NCBI GenBank assembly: GCA_042408215.1
Contig: JAYFMW010000017.1
Location: 1 to 64,000 of the forward strand
From: Microcoleus sp.
GTDB lineage: Bacteria > Cyanobacteriota > Cyanobacteriia > Cyanobacteriales > Microcoleaceae
Length of the DNA: 64,000 nt
Direction: 5' to 3'
The notes below the pieces were generated by a model that was not told where the DNA came from, made no database searches, and saw nothing but the letters and a program-made list of their open reading frames with translations. A program made the position numbers and the translations under genes. Shown in pieces: positions 1 through 8,262 of the stretch (positions are counted from its first letter, which is position 1; each line of letters begins with the position of its first letter).

Positions 1-552
1 GCGGGATATGAAGTGGTGGAAGTTTTCAGGGAGACTGCCAGCGGTGCCAAATCCGATCGCCCGGAGCGCCAAAAAATTATGGCGGCAGCGCAGGCACGAA
101 AAGTTTCGGCGGTGCTGGTGACTGAGGCTAGTCGATGGAGCCGCAGCACGATCGACCTGCTGGGAACTTTGCAAAGCTTGAATGCTTGGGGCGTGTCGCT
201 GGTTACGCTGTCTGGAATAGGGTTAGATTTGAACACGCCGCAGGGCAAGTTGATGGCGGCGGTTATTTCGGCGATCGCTGAATTCGAGCGGGATTTAATC
301 CGGCAGCGGGTGAAGAGCGGGATGGCGGCGGCGAAGGCGAAGGGTCAGAAGTTTGGGCGGCCGCGAGTGTCGGAAAGTGCGATCGCCCTTGTTCACCAGT
401 TGAGGGCGCAAGGCAAAAGTTATTCGCAAATTGCTGAAATTTCTGGAATCAGTCGGACTAAGGTTTTTGAGTTGTGCCGCGCCATGAATGAATCACAGCT
501 ACGACCTGTACCGGCGACATTCCAGCGAGTAGGGCCGATCGCACTTCTTTAA
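1..552 (+). CDS. Serine recombinase/resolvase family protein, 5' end outside window
   Basis: ETASG...RPE, V-x-E-x-SRWSRS, TPQGKLM..I.AIAEFERDLI.QRV..G...AKAKG..FGRP motifs and a C-terminal HTH; the frame is open back to base 1. Confidence 0.9.
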   Translation, partial: AGYEVVEVFRETASGAKSDRPERQKIMAAAQARKVSAVLVTEASRWSRSTIDLLGTLQSLNAWGVSLVTLSGIGLDLNTPQGKLMAAVISAIAEFERDLIRQRVKSGMAAAKAKGQKFGRPRVSESAIALVHQLRAQGKSYSQIAEISGISRTKVFELCRAMNESQLRPVPATFQRVGPIALL

Positions 553-1393
553 GTCTCGCTTGTGCTATCTCAGAATCGATGTTGCCACCGGGAATGTGAA
601 CGTGCCGCATTCGGGAGCCGTCGCGATAAGAGAATCGGAAATATTCCCCGCTGCGGGCCGTGCCACGAGGCCGGTAAGTAGATATTGCTCGTGATACAGA
701 ATCATCCTCAGCAACCTCGACAATGTATTCTGTATCAGCAACCTCGACAGTGTATTCTGTATCAGCAACCTCGACAGTGTATTCTGTATCAGCAACCTCG
801 ACAGTGTATTCTGTATCAGCAACCTCGACAGTGTATTCTGTATCAGCAACCTCGACAGTGTATTCTGTATCAGCAACCTCGACAGTGTATTCTGTATCAG
901 CAACCTCGACAGTGTATTCTGTATCAGCAACCTCGACAGTGTATTCTGTATCAGCAACCTCGACAGTGTATTCTGTATCAGCAACCTCGACAGTGTATTC
1001 TGTATCAGCAACCTCGACAGTGTATTCTGTATCAGCAACCTCGACAGTGTATTCTGTATCAGCAACCTCGACAGTGTATTCTGTATCAGCAACCTCGACA
1101 GTGTATTCTGTATCAGCAAATGTAGAGGCTGGTGATACAGAATCAATTTCCGGCGGCGCGGGTGCGAGCTTGACTTCATCGGGATAGAGAAAATCCCACT
1201 GGTTGATGTGAGGGTTCCAAAATCGAAGGCGGCCGTCGATCGGATGAACTGCGTTCACTTTGAAAATTTCGCCGCGCTTCACCCAAGCAGCGATCGCCGG
1301 TTTCCTTCGCAGCTTCACCCAGTCGCCAGCTTTGTAAAGGCTGCCTACTTCGGCGGTCGCGGTGTCAAAAAGTGAAAGTTGAGCATTGACCAT
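458..1393 (-). CDS. Hypothetical protein with about 15 ADTEYTVEV repeats and a C-terminal HIPGGN-containing domain
   Basis: ATG start with GGAG upstream; non-repetitive flanks are open in the same frame. Confidence 0.7.
   Translation of the reverse strand: MVNAQLSLFDTATAEVGSLYKAGDWVKLRRKPAIAAWVKRGEIFKVNAVHPIDGRLRFWNPHINQWDFLYPDEVKLAPAPPEIDSVSPASTFADTEYTVEVADTEYTVEVADTEYTVEVADTEYTVEVADTEYTVEVADTEYTVEVADTEYTVEVADTEYTVEVADTEYTVEVADTEYTVEVADTEYTVEVADTEYTVEVADTEYTVEVADTEYTVEVADTEYIVEVAEDDSVSRAISTYRPRGTARSGEYFRFSYRDGSRMRHVHIPGGNIDSEIAQARLKEVRSALLAGMSPVQVVAVIHSWRGTTQKP
709..1118. repeat. 27-bp tandem repeat (CAGCAACCTCGACAGTGTATTCTGTAT), about 15 copies
   Basis: Near-perfect head-to-tail copies with no spacers. 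Confidence 0.97.
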
Positions 1394-1647
1394 ATCGGCA
1401 CTAACTCCTTTGTCAATCGATTTTAGATTTTAGATTTTAGATTTTAGATTTACTTCATCGACGTATTCTTTCAGATCGGGATATTTCATGATTGTTTGTC
1501 TAGCATTGGTAATTGGTAATTGGTAAGTGCTGATCTCTCCCGGCTGTCACTCCACTTTTTGGCAGGTGTCGCCAGTTTTGCAACTAATGCCTTAATGCAC
1601 TGCTACACATAAATGGGCTTCCATAGAAAGTCATTTATCTGTAGCAC

Positions 1648-1923
1648 TCATTTGTTGACGGCTTCTCTAAACTGCTTACCGGCCGAGAATGCCGGAACTA
1701 CCGCAGCGGGGATATCCATCTTCTCCCCGGTCTTAGGGTTGCGGCCTTCACGGGCCTTGCGCTCTTTCGCTTCAAAGGAGCCGAAACCTACCAGCGTTAC
1801 TTTCTCACCGTCGGCAACCGCTTGGGTGATGGAATTTATCAGAGCATCCAACAGAGCATTTGCAGCTTTCTTGGTGGTCTCAGCTTTGGTGGCGGCTAGT
1901 TCTACAAGTTCAGATTTGTTCAT
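1648..1923 (-). CDS. hup: HU family DNA-binding protein (element-borne copy)
   Basis: MNKSELV, VTLVGFGSF, REGRNPKTG, VPAFSAGK signatures. Confidence 0.95.
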   Translation of the reverse strand: MNKSELVELAATKAETTKKAANALLDALINSITQAVADGEKVTLVGFGSFEAKERKAREGRNPKTGEKMDIPAAVVPAFSAGKQFREAVNK

Positions 1924-1968
1924 AAGTGCGATCGGTTTCGGTAATTAGTCATTAGTCATTAGTAACGC

Positions 1969-2001
1969 AAAACCAGCCCCCGTAAGGAGTGCTGGCTTTT
2001 T
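1969..2001. terminator. Hairpin flanked by A/T tracts
   Basis: AAAACCAGC...GCTGGCTTTTT. Confidence 0.45.
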
Positions 2002-2158
2002 GGTTCAGTGGCGGTTTCCTCCTGTCGTTGTTAGATCTCTTGCTGCTGTTGCTGCACTTTGTTCCGCTGCATGTTTTGCTGATGCTTTCTGCGTTCAACC
2101 TCTGTTAATCTCCGTTGGAGCTCAACGATGAACTCCATTTGCACCTGCTTGCGATATC

Positions 2159-2371
2159 TCAACGTGGCTCAAGGATTCTCCCCAACTGCTTTTCTCGTCG
2201 ATAATGTCTCTCCGGGCTTGATATTTCCACTGCTAGCGTCTGAGCAACTCGTCCGAGCTTCTCTCCCAGCCGCTCCGCTTCTCTCGAGTGCCTCGCTCTC
2301 CGTCCGTCTAGTCGGACTTTGTCATCTTCCCCGTACTTCTGTTTCCTGACTTTGCATAGCTTTCGAGTCAT
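2159..2371 (-). CDS. Small basic protein, possibly a degenerate DNA-binding regulator
   Basis: ATG preceded by an AG-rich RBS; divergent from the 2523 operon. Confidence 0.35.
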   Translation of the reverse strand: MTRKLCKVRKQKYGEDDKVRLDGRRARHSREAERLGEKLGRVAQTLAVEISSPERHYRREKQLGRILEPR

Positions 2372-2394
2372 AACTTCTCTCTCTAAATAGATGA

Positions 2395-2439
2395 ACGTCT
2401 ATGAGATCTTGACAGTTATCTCATTAAGACGTCTATGAT
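2395..2439 (+). promoter_or_regulatory. Putative sigma70 promoter with operator-like repeats
   Basis: TTGACA 2409-2414 and TATGAT 2434-2439; ACGTCTATGA at 2395 and 2429; ATGAGAT/ATCTCAT inverted repeat around the -35. Confidence 0.4.
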
Positions 2440-2522
2440 GACTTCAATGTCTGTAATGTAAAAGACTGCACTGCATACCCCAAACATTGATGGGTGGGCA
2501 ACTCCCACCCTTTCCCTAACCT

Positions 2523-4436
2523 ATGTACACCCTAGAAAGCCTTCAACAGAAGAATCTCAAGGAACTCAAGGAAATCAGTCGGCAGCTCAACGTGCTCCCA
2601 TTGGGCGATCGACGGTGCCGCCAAAACTGGATTAATGTCCTCATCGGCACTCAGCCCCCCCTGCTGCAACTGCTGGAAGTTCCCCCCGGTGTCGAACCGG
2701 TTGCTGAGGCGAAACGCAAGCTAGAAGTTCAATCCCAGGAGCCGATCGAAGTTCAAGCCCAGGAGCCGATCGAAGTCGATCAAGTCCAGGAGCCGCCGAT
2801 CGAGTCCAAGTTTGGCCGCATCATTTATCCCAAACCGGCCGTTAAGCCGATCACACAAAATGCAGAAACTAGACCCCAACTCGACAGAACAGAAAGTGCT
2901 GATGTACATAACTGGCGCTCTCATCCCGCCGACTCAGTTCGAGATAGCAGCAGCGCTAAAGCTGAAGCACTGGGAAGCAAGGAAGGCGATCGGGTATTGG
3001 CGCTGTCGGGGAATAGTGAAGCAGTTCGAGGGGGAGTTTTACCCCGTCAGCCAATTGAACTAGCGGCCACATTCAATGACGAACAACCCCCGAAGCTGAA
3101 CGAATATTCCCCAACAGGGTTTGGGTGTCCGAAATGTGGTGCTGCTTACGGCTTGTACATCGGGAAAGACTGCTTGGGTATATCGGAGATTAAATGCTTG
3201 CACTGCGATTTCTCCGAAGGAACACTTGATTGTCCGAGATGTGGCGCTGCCCACGGCTTGTACACCACAAAGGACTACTTGGGTAGAGAGATAATTAAAT
3301 GCTTGCACTGCTGGTACTCCCGAAGAAAACACTACCCCGGCTCGATCTTACTTGAAGCCGAAGAGCCGCCGATCTATGTGCCAGATACGCAAGATGGGAT
3401 TGATTTACAGGATTCTGAGTTTCAAACCACCGAGCCGCCGATCGAGTCCAAGTTTGGCCGCATCATTTATCCCAAACCGGCCGTTAAGCCGATCACCCCA
3501 GCGACCGAAACTTCCCCCGGTGTCGAAAATTTCAAAGACGATCGACCGCCGAACCGTGGCGACGACAATGGCAGAGACAGACTGGAAGTTGAGCCAAAAT
3601 TGAGCCAAAGTGCGATCGTACCAGCGGTCAAAAATTCCCCCGGTGTGAGTCGCAAAACTTCAACAGCCCATCAACTTTTGGAGCTGTTCAAATCCTCGGC
3701 AGTCATTCTTGGGGATTCCCCCGCTGCCGAAACTGAGGCAGAAACGCTCGAAAGTGCGATCGGCTTAGCGGCCAAAAATCTCCTCGATGCTGAAGCCGAT
3801 CAGAATCCGATCTTGACCAACATCACCTTTTCTCCTGGCTTTCTCGCTCGCTATTCCCCGCCCCAGCCTGAGAACATCCACTATCAATCCGACGCTGACG
3901 GGCAACTGAGCCTGCTTGATTTTGAGGTGGAATCGGTAGACGAACCGCCAGACCCGGATGATTTTGAAACCCTCAATGCGTTCCGTGAGGCGATCGCACT
4001 TTGGGATGCTGAACACCCCGAACCGCTAGAAGTGTCTCTGAATTCGATGTCCGAGTGGGCCCCGTGTCCTGATGACTGGTACGAACCCGACATTTTGCTC
4101 GAACTGTCTGAAGTGTTGGAACTCTCACCGGCGATCGAAAGTTCCATCACTTGCAAATTCCTGATTCCTGTTTTTGACGCTTGGTGCGATCGCGCAAACC
4201 GACAAAACGACACCGATGAACCGCCCGACACAGGGATTTTCGCCCGCTTGCCGGGGCCCAAACCGCCCAAATTTCCTCCAATGGCGATCGCGTTGATCGA
4301 CACCGCCAAAAAGTGCTTTAACGCAAATCGGCATACTACACGCATTACAATTGCAGCCCAAGCTCACATTACTCGCATCGCCGCCGGCAGTAGCAGTAAG
4401 TCACCGCGATCGCCTCCGGGAGGTGATGCCATGTAG
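2523..4436 (+). CDS. Hypothetical protein: Rho-N-like N-terminal helix, two tandem CxxC...CxxC zinc ribbons, acidic/Pro-rich body
   Basis: LQQKNLKELKEISRQLNV; CPKC..CLHC and CPRC..CLHC; EPPDPDDF motif. Confidence 0.75.
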   Translation: MYTLESLQQKNLKELKEISRQLNVLPLGDRRCRQNWINVLIGTQPPLLQLLEVPPGVEPVAEAKRKLEVQSQEPIEVQAQEPIEVDQVQEPPIESKFGRIIYPKPAVKPITQNAETRPQLDRTESADVHNWRSHPADSVRDSSSAKAEALGSKEGDRVLALSGNSEAVRGGVLPRQPIELAATFNDEQPPKLNEYSPTGFGCPKCGAAYGLYIGKDCLGISEIKCLHCDFSEGTLDCPRCGAAHGLYTTKDYLGREIIKCLHCWYSRRKHYPGSILLEAEEPPIYVPDTQDGIDLQDSEFQTTEPPIESKFGRIIYPKPAVKPITPATETSPGVENFKDDRPPNRGDDNGRDRLEVEPKLSQSAIVPAVKNSPGVSRKTSTAHQLLELFKSSAVILGDSPAAETEAETLESAIGLAAKNLLDAEADQNPILTNITFSPGFLARYSPPQPENIHYQSDADGQLSLLDFEVESVDEPPDPDDFETLNAFREAIALWDAEHPEPLEVSLNSMSEWAPCPDDWYEPDILLELSEVLELSPAIESSITCKFLIPVFDAWCDRANRQNDTDEPPDTGIFARLPGPKPPKFPPMAIALIDTAKKCFNANRHTTRITIAAQAHITRIAAGSSSKSPRSPPGGDAM

Positions 4437-4602
4437 GATAAATTGCTTGCTTAAGGCGTTTGAACAACTTATCTCCCTTCTGAATCTGAACAGTGCGATC
4501 GTCCCTCGAACCGGTCGATCGCTTCCTCTACCAACCATCATCAAACGTATAAAGATCTATGACTTTTCTGAAAATTTCCCTTCCCGTTTACAAAAGAGAT
4601 AA

Positions 4603-4977
4603 ATGGGACACCTTGAGAAAGACGGCAGAATTGAAGTTAGCAGCGACGTAGATAATCTTTCGGAAGGTTATCAATCTTTAAGACTTGAAATTGAAGAACT
4701 GATTTCAGAACTGAAAGCTGAAAGCCGTTTAGCAGAAGAGGCGTACACATTAGAATGCCAGATCGAAAAAAAAGCTTCCGAGCTAAAAAGACTTCTCAAA
4801 GATATCGAGAGAGCCACAGCACATTATGAAAGCTTGAAATTCTTTTTAATGAATTTGGGCATCGCTCCAACTTCGTCTAGGCTGACATTTGACAAGCAGT
4901 TCTTGCCACAGGACGCATCGCTATCTCAAGTAGAAGTTGTGCCGCTTGAGTCGAGATACCCCGACGACGTTATTTAA
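4603..4977 (+). CDS. Hypothetical coiled-coil protein
   Basis: 124-aa ORF with heptad pattern, in operon-like array. Confidence 0.6.
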   Translation: MGHLEKDGRIEVSSDVDNLSEGYQSLRLEIEELISELKAESRLAEEAYTLECQIEKKASELKRLLKDIERATAHYESLKFFLMNLGIAPTSSRLTFDKQFLPQDASLSQVEVVPLESRYPDDVI

Positions 4978-5035
4978 TCATCAACAAAGAAGCGATTTTC
5001 GGTGACTGAGAATCGCTTCCTACCAACAACTAATT

Positions 5036-5858
5036 ATGGAAATAACCGCCGATTTCAACGACATTTTTTGGAAACCCCCAGAAACAGAATTCCAACCGCT
5101 CCTAGACTTTGAATCCGAAGTTTCCGACGAAGCGCCGTACAACGACATTGCCGTACTCACCAAGAGCCTCAAGCTTAGCTTCCTTGACTACGTGCGACAA
5201 GGAATCATGCTCCACACCGTTCGCCGCTACCGCCTTTATAAACAGCAGTACAAAGATTTTGCCGAATACTGCAAACTTGCTATAGGGCGATCGCACTTCT
5301 ACTGCAAAAAGATTATCCAAGCCGCTCAGGTTTGTTTGGAACTCATCAAGTCCAAATTTGCAACTTCTGCCCAACATCGGTAGCGCAAGCACTCCCAACT
5401 GGTGAAGTTTGCAAAAATTGACGCTTACGGTCAGCAACCAATTAGCGGACAAGTGGCAAACTGTTCTCGATGGATTCCCAGACCACCAAATCACAGCGGC
5501 CAAAATCCAAGAAACTCTTGATGAGAACCCAGAGGACAGAGCCAAGCAAGTCCGCATTGGTGGCAAAGCTTATCAAATACTGGAACAAAAAGCAGCAGCA
5601 GCGGGCATGACAGTCTCTAAGTATCTCGAAATGCTCATCGGCGGCACCGAACCGCCTGACGAAGAACCGCCCGACGATGAATACTGCGGGGAAGGAGAGG
5701 AGTTAACACCAGAAAAAGAGGAAATCTTGGACGATTTAGAGAAGTCTTGGGCCAAAACCAAACCCGCGTCAGATTTCGGCAAAAAGAAACCCTCAAGAAG
5801 CCATAAAAAAGCTATCAACCCCACCATTAGATCGGGCGAAGCGTCCGATTCATCCTAG
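5036..5858 (+). pseudogene. Hypothetical mobile-element protein split by frameshifts near 5360-5435
   Basis: ORFs 5036-5383 and 5409-5858 join into one plausible protein (LYKQQYKDFAEYC...SVAQALP-LVKFAK...KWQTV...ITAAKI) if several single bases are removed. Confidence 0.55.
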
Positions 5859-5874
5859 TTAGTTTTTTAAAACC

Positions 5875-6381
5875 ATGTCTCATAATACTTTCACCTATAG
5901 GCATTCTGACTTACCCGTGTTTCGCCCTGAAATCAAAGCAGAAATTATTGCCTTGGGTCTTCATGCCGATGACTTGATTCTCAAGAGCCACGGCAACTAC
6001 CGGGAGCTTGAAGAGTTGGCAGAAACTCTCGACAACTGTCTGAATACTTGCGAGCTAAACCTTAACTCGATCCGAATAATCCCCGACGACAGCCCACAAC
6101 CCGCAACTGTCAGCTTGCGAGATTTGCCAATTGAACAAAAACAACTTATTTATTCTTGTTCAAGAACCAATTCGATTTTGCTGAATTTGCTGAGTGAACT
6201 TCTTAATCAACCTTGCGAACAAATAGCCCGCGACATAGCAGAACAAGTCGCTTTGCGTCAAGAACCAGTAGATACAAGCGAAATAGAAAATTTCATCGAC
6301 AACGTAATGCTGCCGCTCGTTCAACAAACCGAAAAAAATCCTTCCGCTACAGGTCATTACGTTTTTAAACGAATCGACTAA
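5875..6381 (+). CDS. Hypothetical protein
   Basis: 168-aa ORF followed by a terminator. Confidence 0.65.
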   Translation: MSHNTFTYRHSDLPVFRPEIKAEIIALGLHADDLILKSHGNYRELEELAETLDNCLNTCELNLNSIRIIPDDSPQPATVSLRDLPIEQKQLIYSCSRTNSILLNLLSELLNQPCEQIARDIAEQVALRQEPVDTSEIENFIDNVMLPLVQQTEKNPSATGHYVFKRID

Positions 6382-6386
6382 GCGCA

Positions 6387-6425
6387 AAAAAAAAGCGGTT
6401 GAATCCCGACTTCAACCGCTTAATT
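6387..6425. terminator. Intrinsic terminator-like hairpin
   Basis: A-tract, AAAGCGGTTGAA-loop-TTCAACCGCTTT. Confidence 0.7.
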
Positions 6426-6473
6426 CCAAGCTGTCTCGACTATTTTTTACACAATGGCATCTATTAATTTACC

Positions 6474-6773
6474 ATGCACCAACCTCAAAATCGACAGATT
6501 GCTGATTTAGTGCAATCCGCCAAAGAACAATATGGCGATTTTAGCGACGCAAAAAAACGAGAAATCTTTGAAATCATCAAAGAAGCCAAATCGCGCGGCT
6601 TGTTGCGAAAGCAGCCTCACGACAAATGTTTGAGCGATTATGTCAACGCCGCCAACCACCTACTGAGAAGCTATCCAACTGAAGAATTCACAGCAGCGTT
6701 GAATCGAAATCTTGATTACGTATATGTGTACGTTGCCCTTGTCGGCACCAACTCCATCCTCACAACCGCCTGA
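6474..6773 (+). CDS. Hypothetical protein directly upstream of the bridge-like RNA
   Basis: 99-aa ATG ORF. Confidence 0.6.
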   Translation: MHQPQNRQIADLVQSAKEQYGDFSDAKKREIFEIIKEAKSRGLLRKQPHDKCLSDYVNAANHLLRSYPTEEFTAALNRNLDYVYVYVALVGTNSILTTA

Positions 6774-7020
6774 CGAGGGCCGCCTATGGAATCAGCGGCT
6801 GAAACTCCCCTTATTAAGGGGGGTAGCGGATCGATTCCAACCCGAACCGCCACAGCATCGCGGCCGACTTAAGGCTTTCATAATGAAACAAGCTCTATAG
6901 GGCTTTTAGCTTTTCATAAGCTTGGTCGGGTTTGCGCGCTGTAGCCCTGCGTGCTTTAAGAGTGAATTAGGCTCATTTTATTGCGGCCTTTGGGTGATTC
7001 ATAAGCACTTTGTTCCAGGG
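6774..7020 (+). ncRNA. Putative IS110 bridge RNA (5' hairpins, target-binding loop 6852-6942, donor-binding loop 6945-7020)
   Basis: Two hand-folded stem / internal-loop / hairpin modules sharing GCTTT...TGAA and TTCATAAGC; loop strands match the element end and flank at 8254-8268. Confidence 0.8.
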
Positions 7021-7041
7021 AGTAAACCTCACCCTATAAAC

Positions 7042-8262
7042 ATGAAAATACTAGGCGTTGATATTAGCAAAGCCTCCATTTCTGCGTGCCTGCTTTTAGA
7101 AAAAGCCAACGCAAACGCCGATGCGCGCGATACTTTGTACGAAACCAAATTTCATAAATTTTATGCAGATGCCGCTGGAATTTGCGGACTGCTCGATCTG
7201 ATTGGTGATGGCGAGGCGATCGCAATAATGGAGCCGACCGGCATCAATTATCAGAAATTGTGGGGAACTCAACTTGCCAGAGCCGGCGTTGAAGTGCGGC
7301 TTGTGGGACACGCAGAATTAAGATCTTTTCGCCACCACCACCTTGGTTTGCCTGATAAAGACGACGACGCCGATGCTCTAGCACTGGCGCTGTACGGCTG
7401 GGAATATCTCGATTTGCCTCGCAGGTTTTTGCAGATTCGAGAAGGAGCGATCGTAAAAATCCGCGAGTTCGCTTTGCGGTTGGCACACCTGAACAGGGTG
7501 CAAAGTCCCATAATTAACCGGGCGAGGCAAGATTTAGCTTGGCAATTCCCCGAAATTGCGCTGATCCGCTCAGTGCGTTACGGCGAAAGAGTACCTTTGC
7601 TGTGGGGTTGGCTTTCGGGCGAAGGACCAAGCAAAAAATACGATCGCCTTTATGCCGAATCGATCGGCTTAGGCCTCACCGAATCTGTACGCCAGCACGC
7701 CGCCAGACTTTGCAGCTTGCAGCGCGAAGAAATGGTAATTGAACAAGAACTTTTTAAATTGCTTGCCGCTCCGCAGTTTGCCCGCTACCGAAAAGTTTTC
7801 GTCCGGTTTGGATTTGGACAACGAGTCGAAGCGCTGCTGCTAAGTCAAATTTACCCGCTGCAAAATTATCTTGCAGCCGACGGCACGCCAGAAGTAAAAA
7901 TCGCCAAAGGTCGCAAATCCGGCAAGCCAACCAAGCGATACCTTTCTCTGCGGCGGTTCATGAAAGCTTTAGGGTGCGCGCCCTCGCAGGAAAGTAGCGG
8001 TGATTTGCAAAAGTCTAAAGTTATGGGAGGTTCCGCGCTATGTCGGAAAGCGCTTTGGCAATGGATTTTTACCAGAATCGAGCCCAAGAATCGCCGGCTA
8101 TCAAACGACATAGGCTGCTACCTTGGAGAAATTTTAGATTCTGAAAAAGCCAGCGGTCGGCCGGTGAAGCTTGCCCGATCGCGCGTCGCGGCCAAAGCCG
8201 TAAAAATGCTCTTTAAAGAGCTCGTCAAGGCGCTCGCTCAGGATAAAAAAATGTTAGAGTGA
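7042..8262 (+). CDS. IS110-family (DEDD RuvC + Tnp serine) recombinase, 406 aa
   Basis: MKILGVDISK, MEPTG, KDDDADA, LGCAPSQESSG, GG..LCRKALW; ATG 7042 preferred over TTG 6922. Confidence 0.9.
   Translation: MKILGVDISKASISACLLLEKANANADARDTLYETKFHKFYADAAGICGLLDLIGDGEAIAIMEPTGINYQKLWGTQLARAGVEVRLVGHAELRSFRHHHLGLPDKDDDADALALALYGWEYLDLPRRFLQIREGAIVKIREFALRLAHLNRVQSPIINRARQDLAWQFPEIALIRSVRYGERVPLLWGWLSGEGPSKKYDRLYAESIGLGLTESVRQHAARLCSLQREEMVIEQELFKLLAAPQFARYRKVFVRFGFGQRVEALLLSQIYPLQNYLAADGTPEVKIAKGRKSGKPTKRYLSLRRFMKALGCAPSQESSGDLQKSKVMGGSALCRKALWQWIFTRIEPKNRRLSNDIGCYLGEILDSEKASGRPVKLARSRVAAKAVKMLFKELVKALAQDKKMLE

Larger units (their letters stand above)
1..8261 (+). mobile_element. Right arm of a putative IS110-recombinase-driven integrative element with cargo; left end probably outside window
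   Basis: Plasmid/ICE-like gene content; ends in an IS110 recombinase whose last codon abuts a truncated tnpB; bridge-RNA-like guides match the junction. Confidence 0.65.

Noticed and set aside
709..1118. CRISPR array
   Set aside because: Repeats are contiguous with no spacers and no cas genes are nearby.
565..1187. Alternative-frame ORFs across the 27-bp repeat
   Set aside because: Stop-free frames of the repeat; only 458-1393 has plausible flanking domains.
6922..7041. 40-aa N-terminal extension of the IS110 protein
   Set aside because: IS110 proteins start just before the GxD motif; this segment folds as the donor-binding loop.
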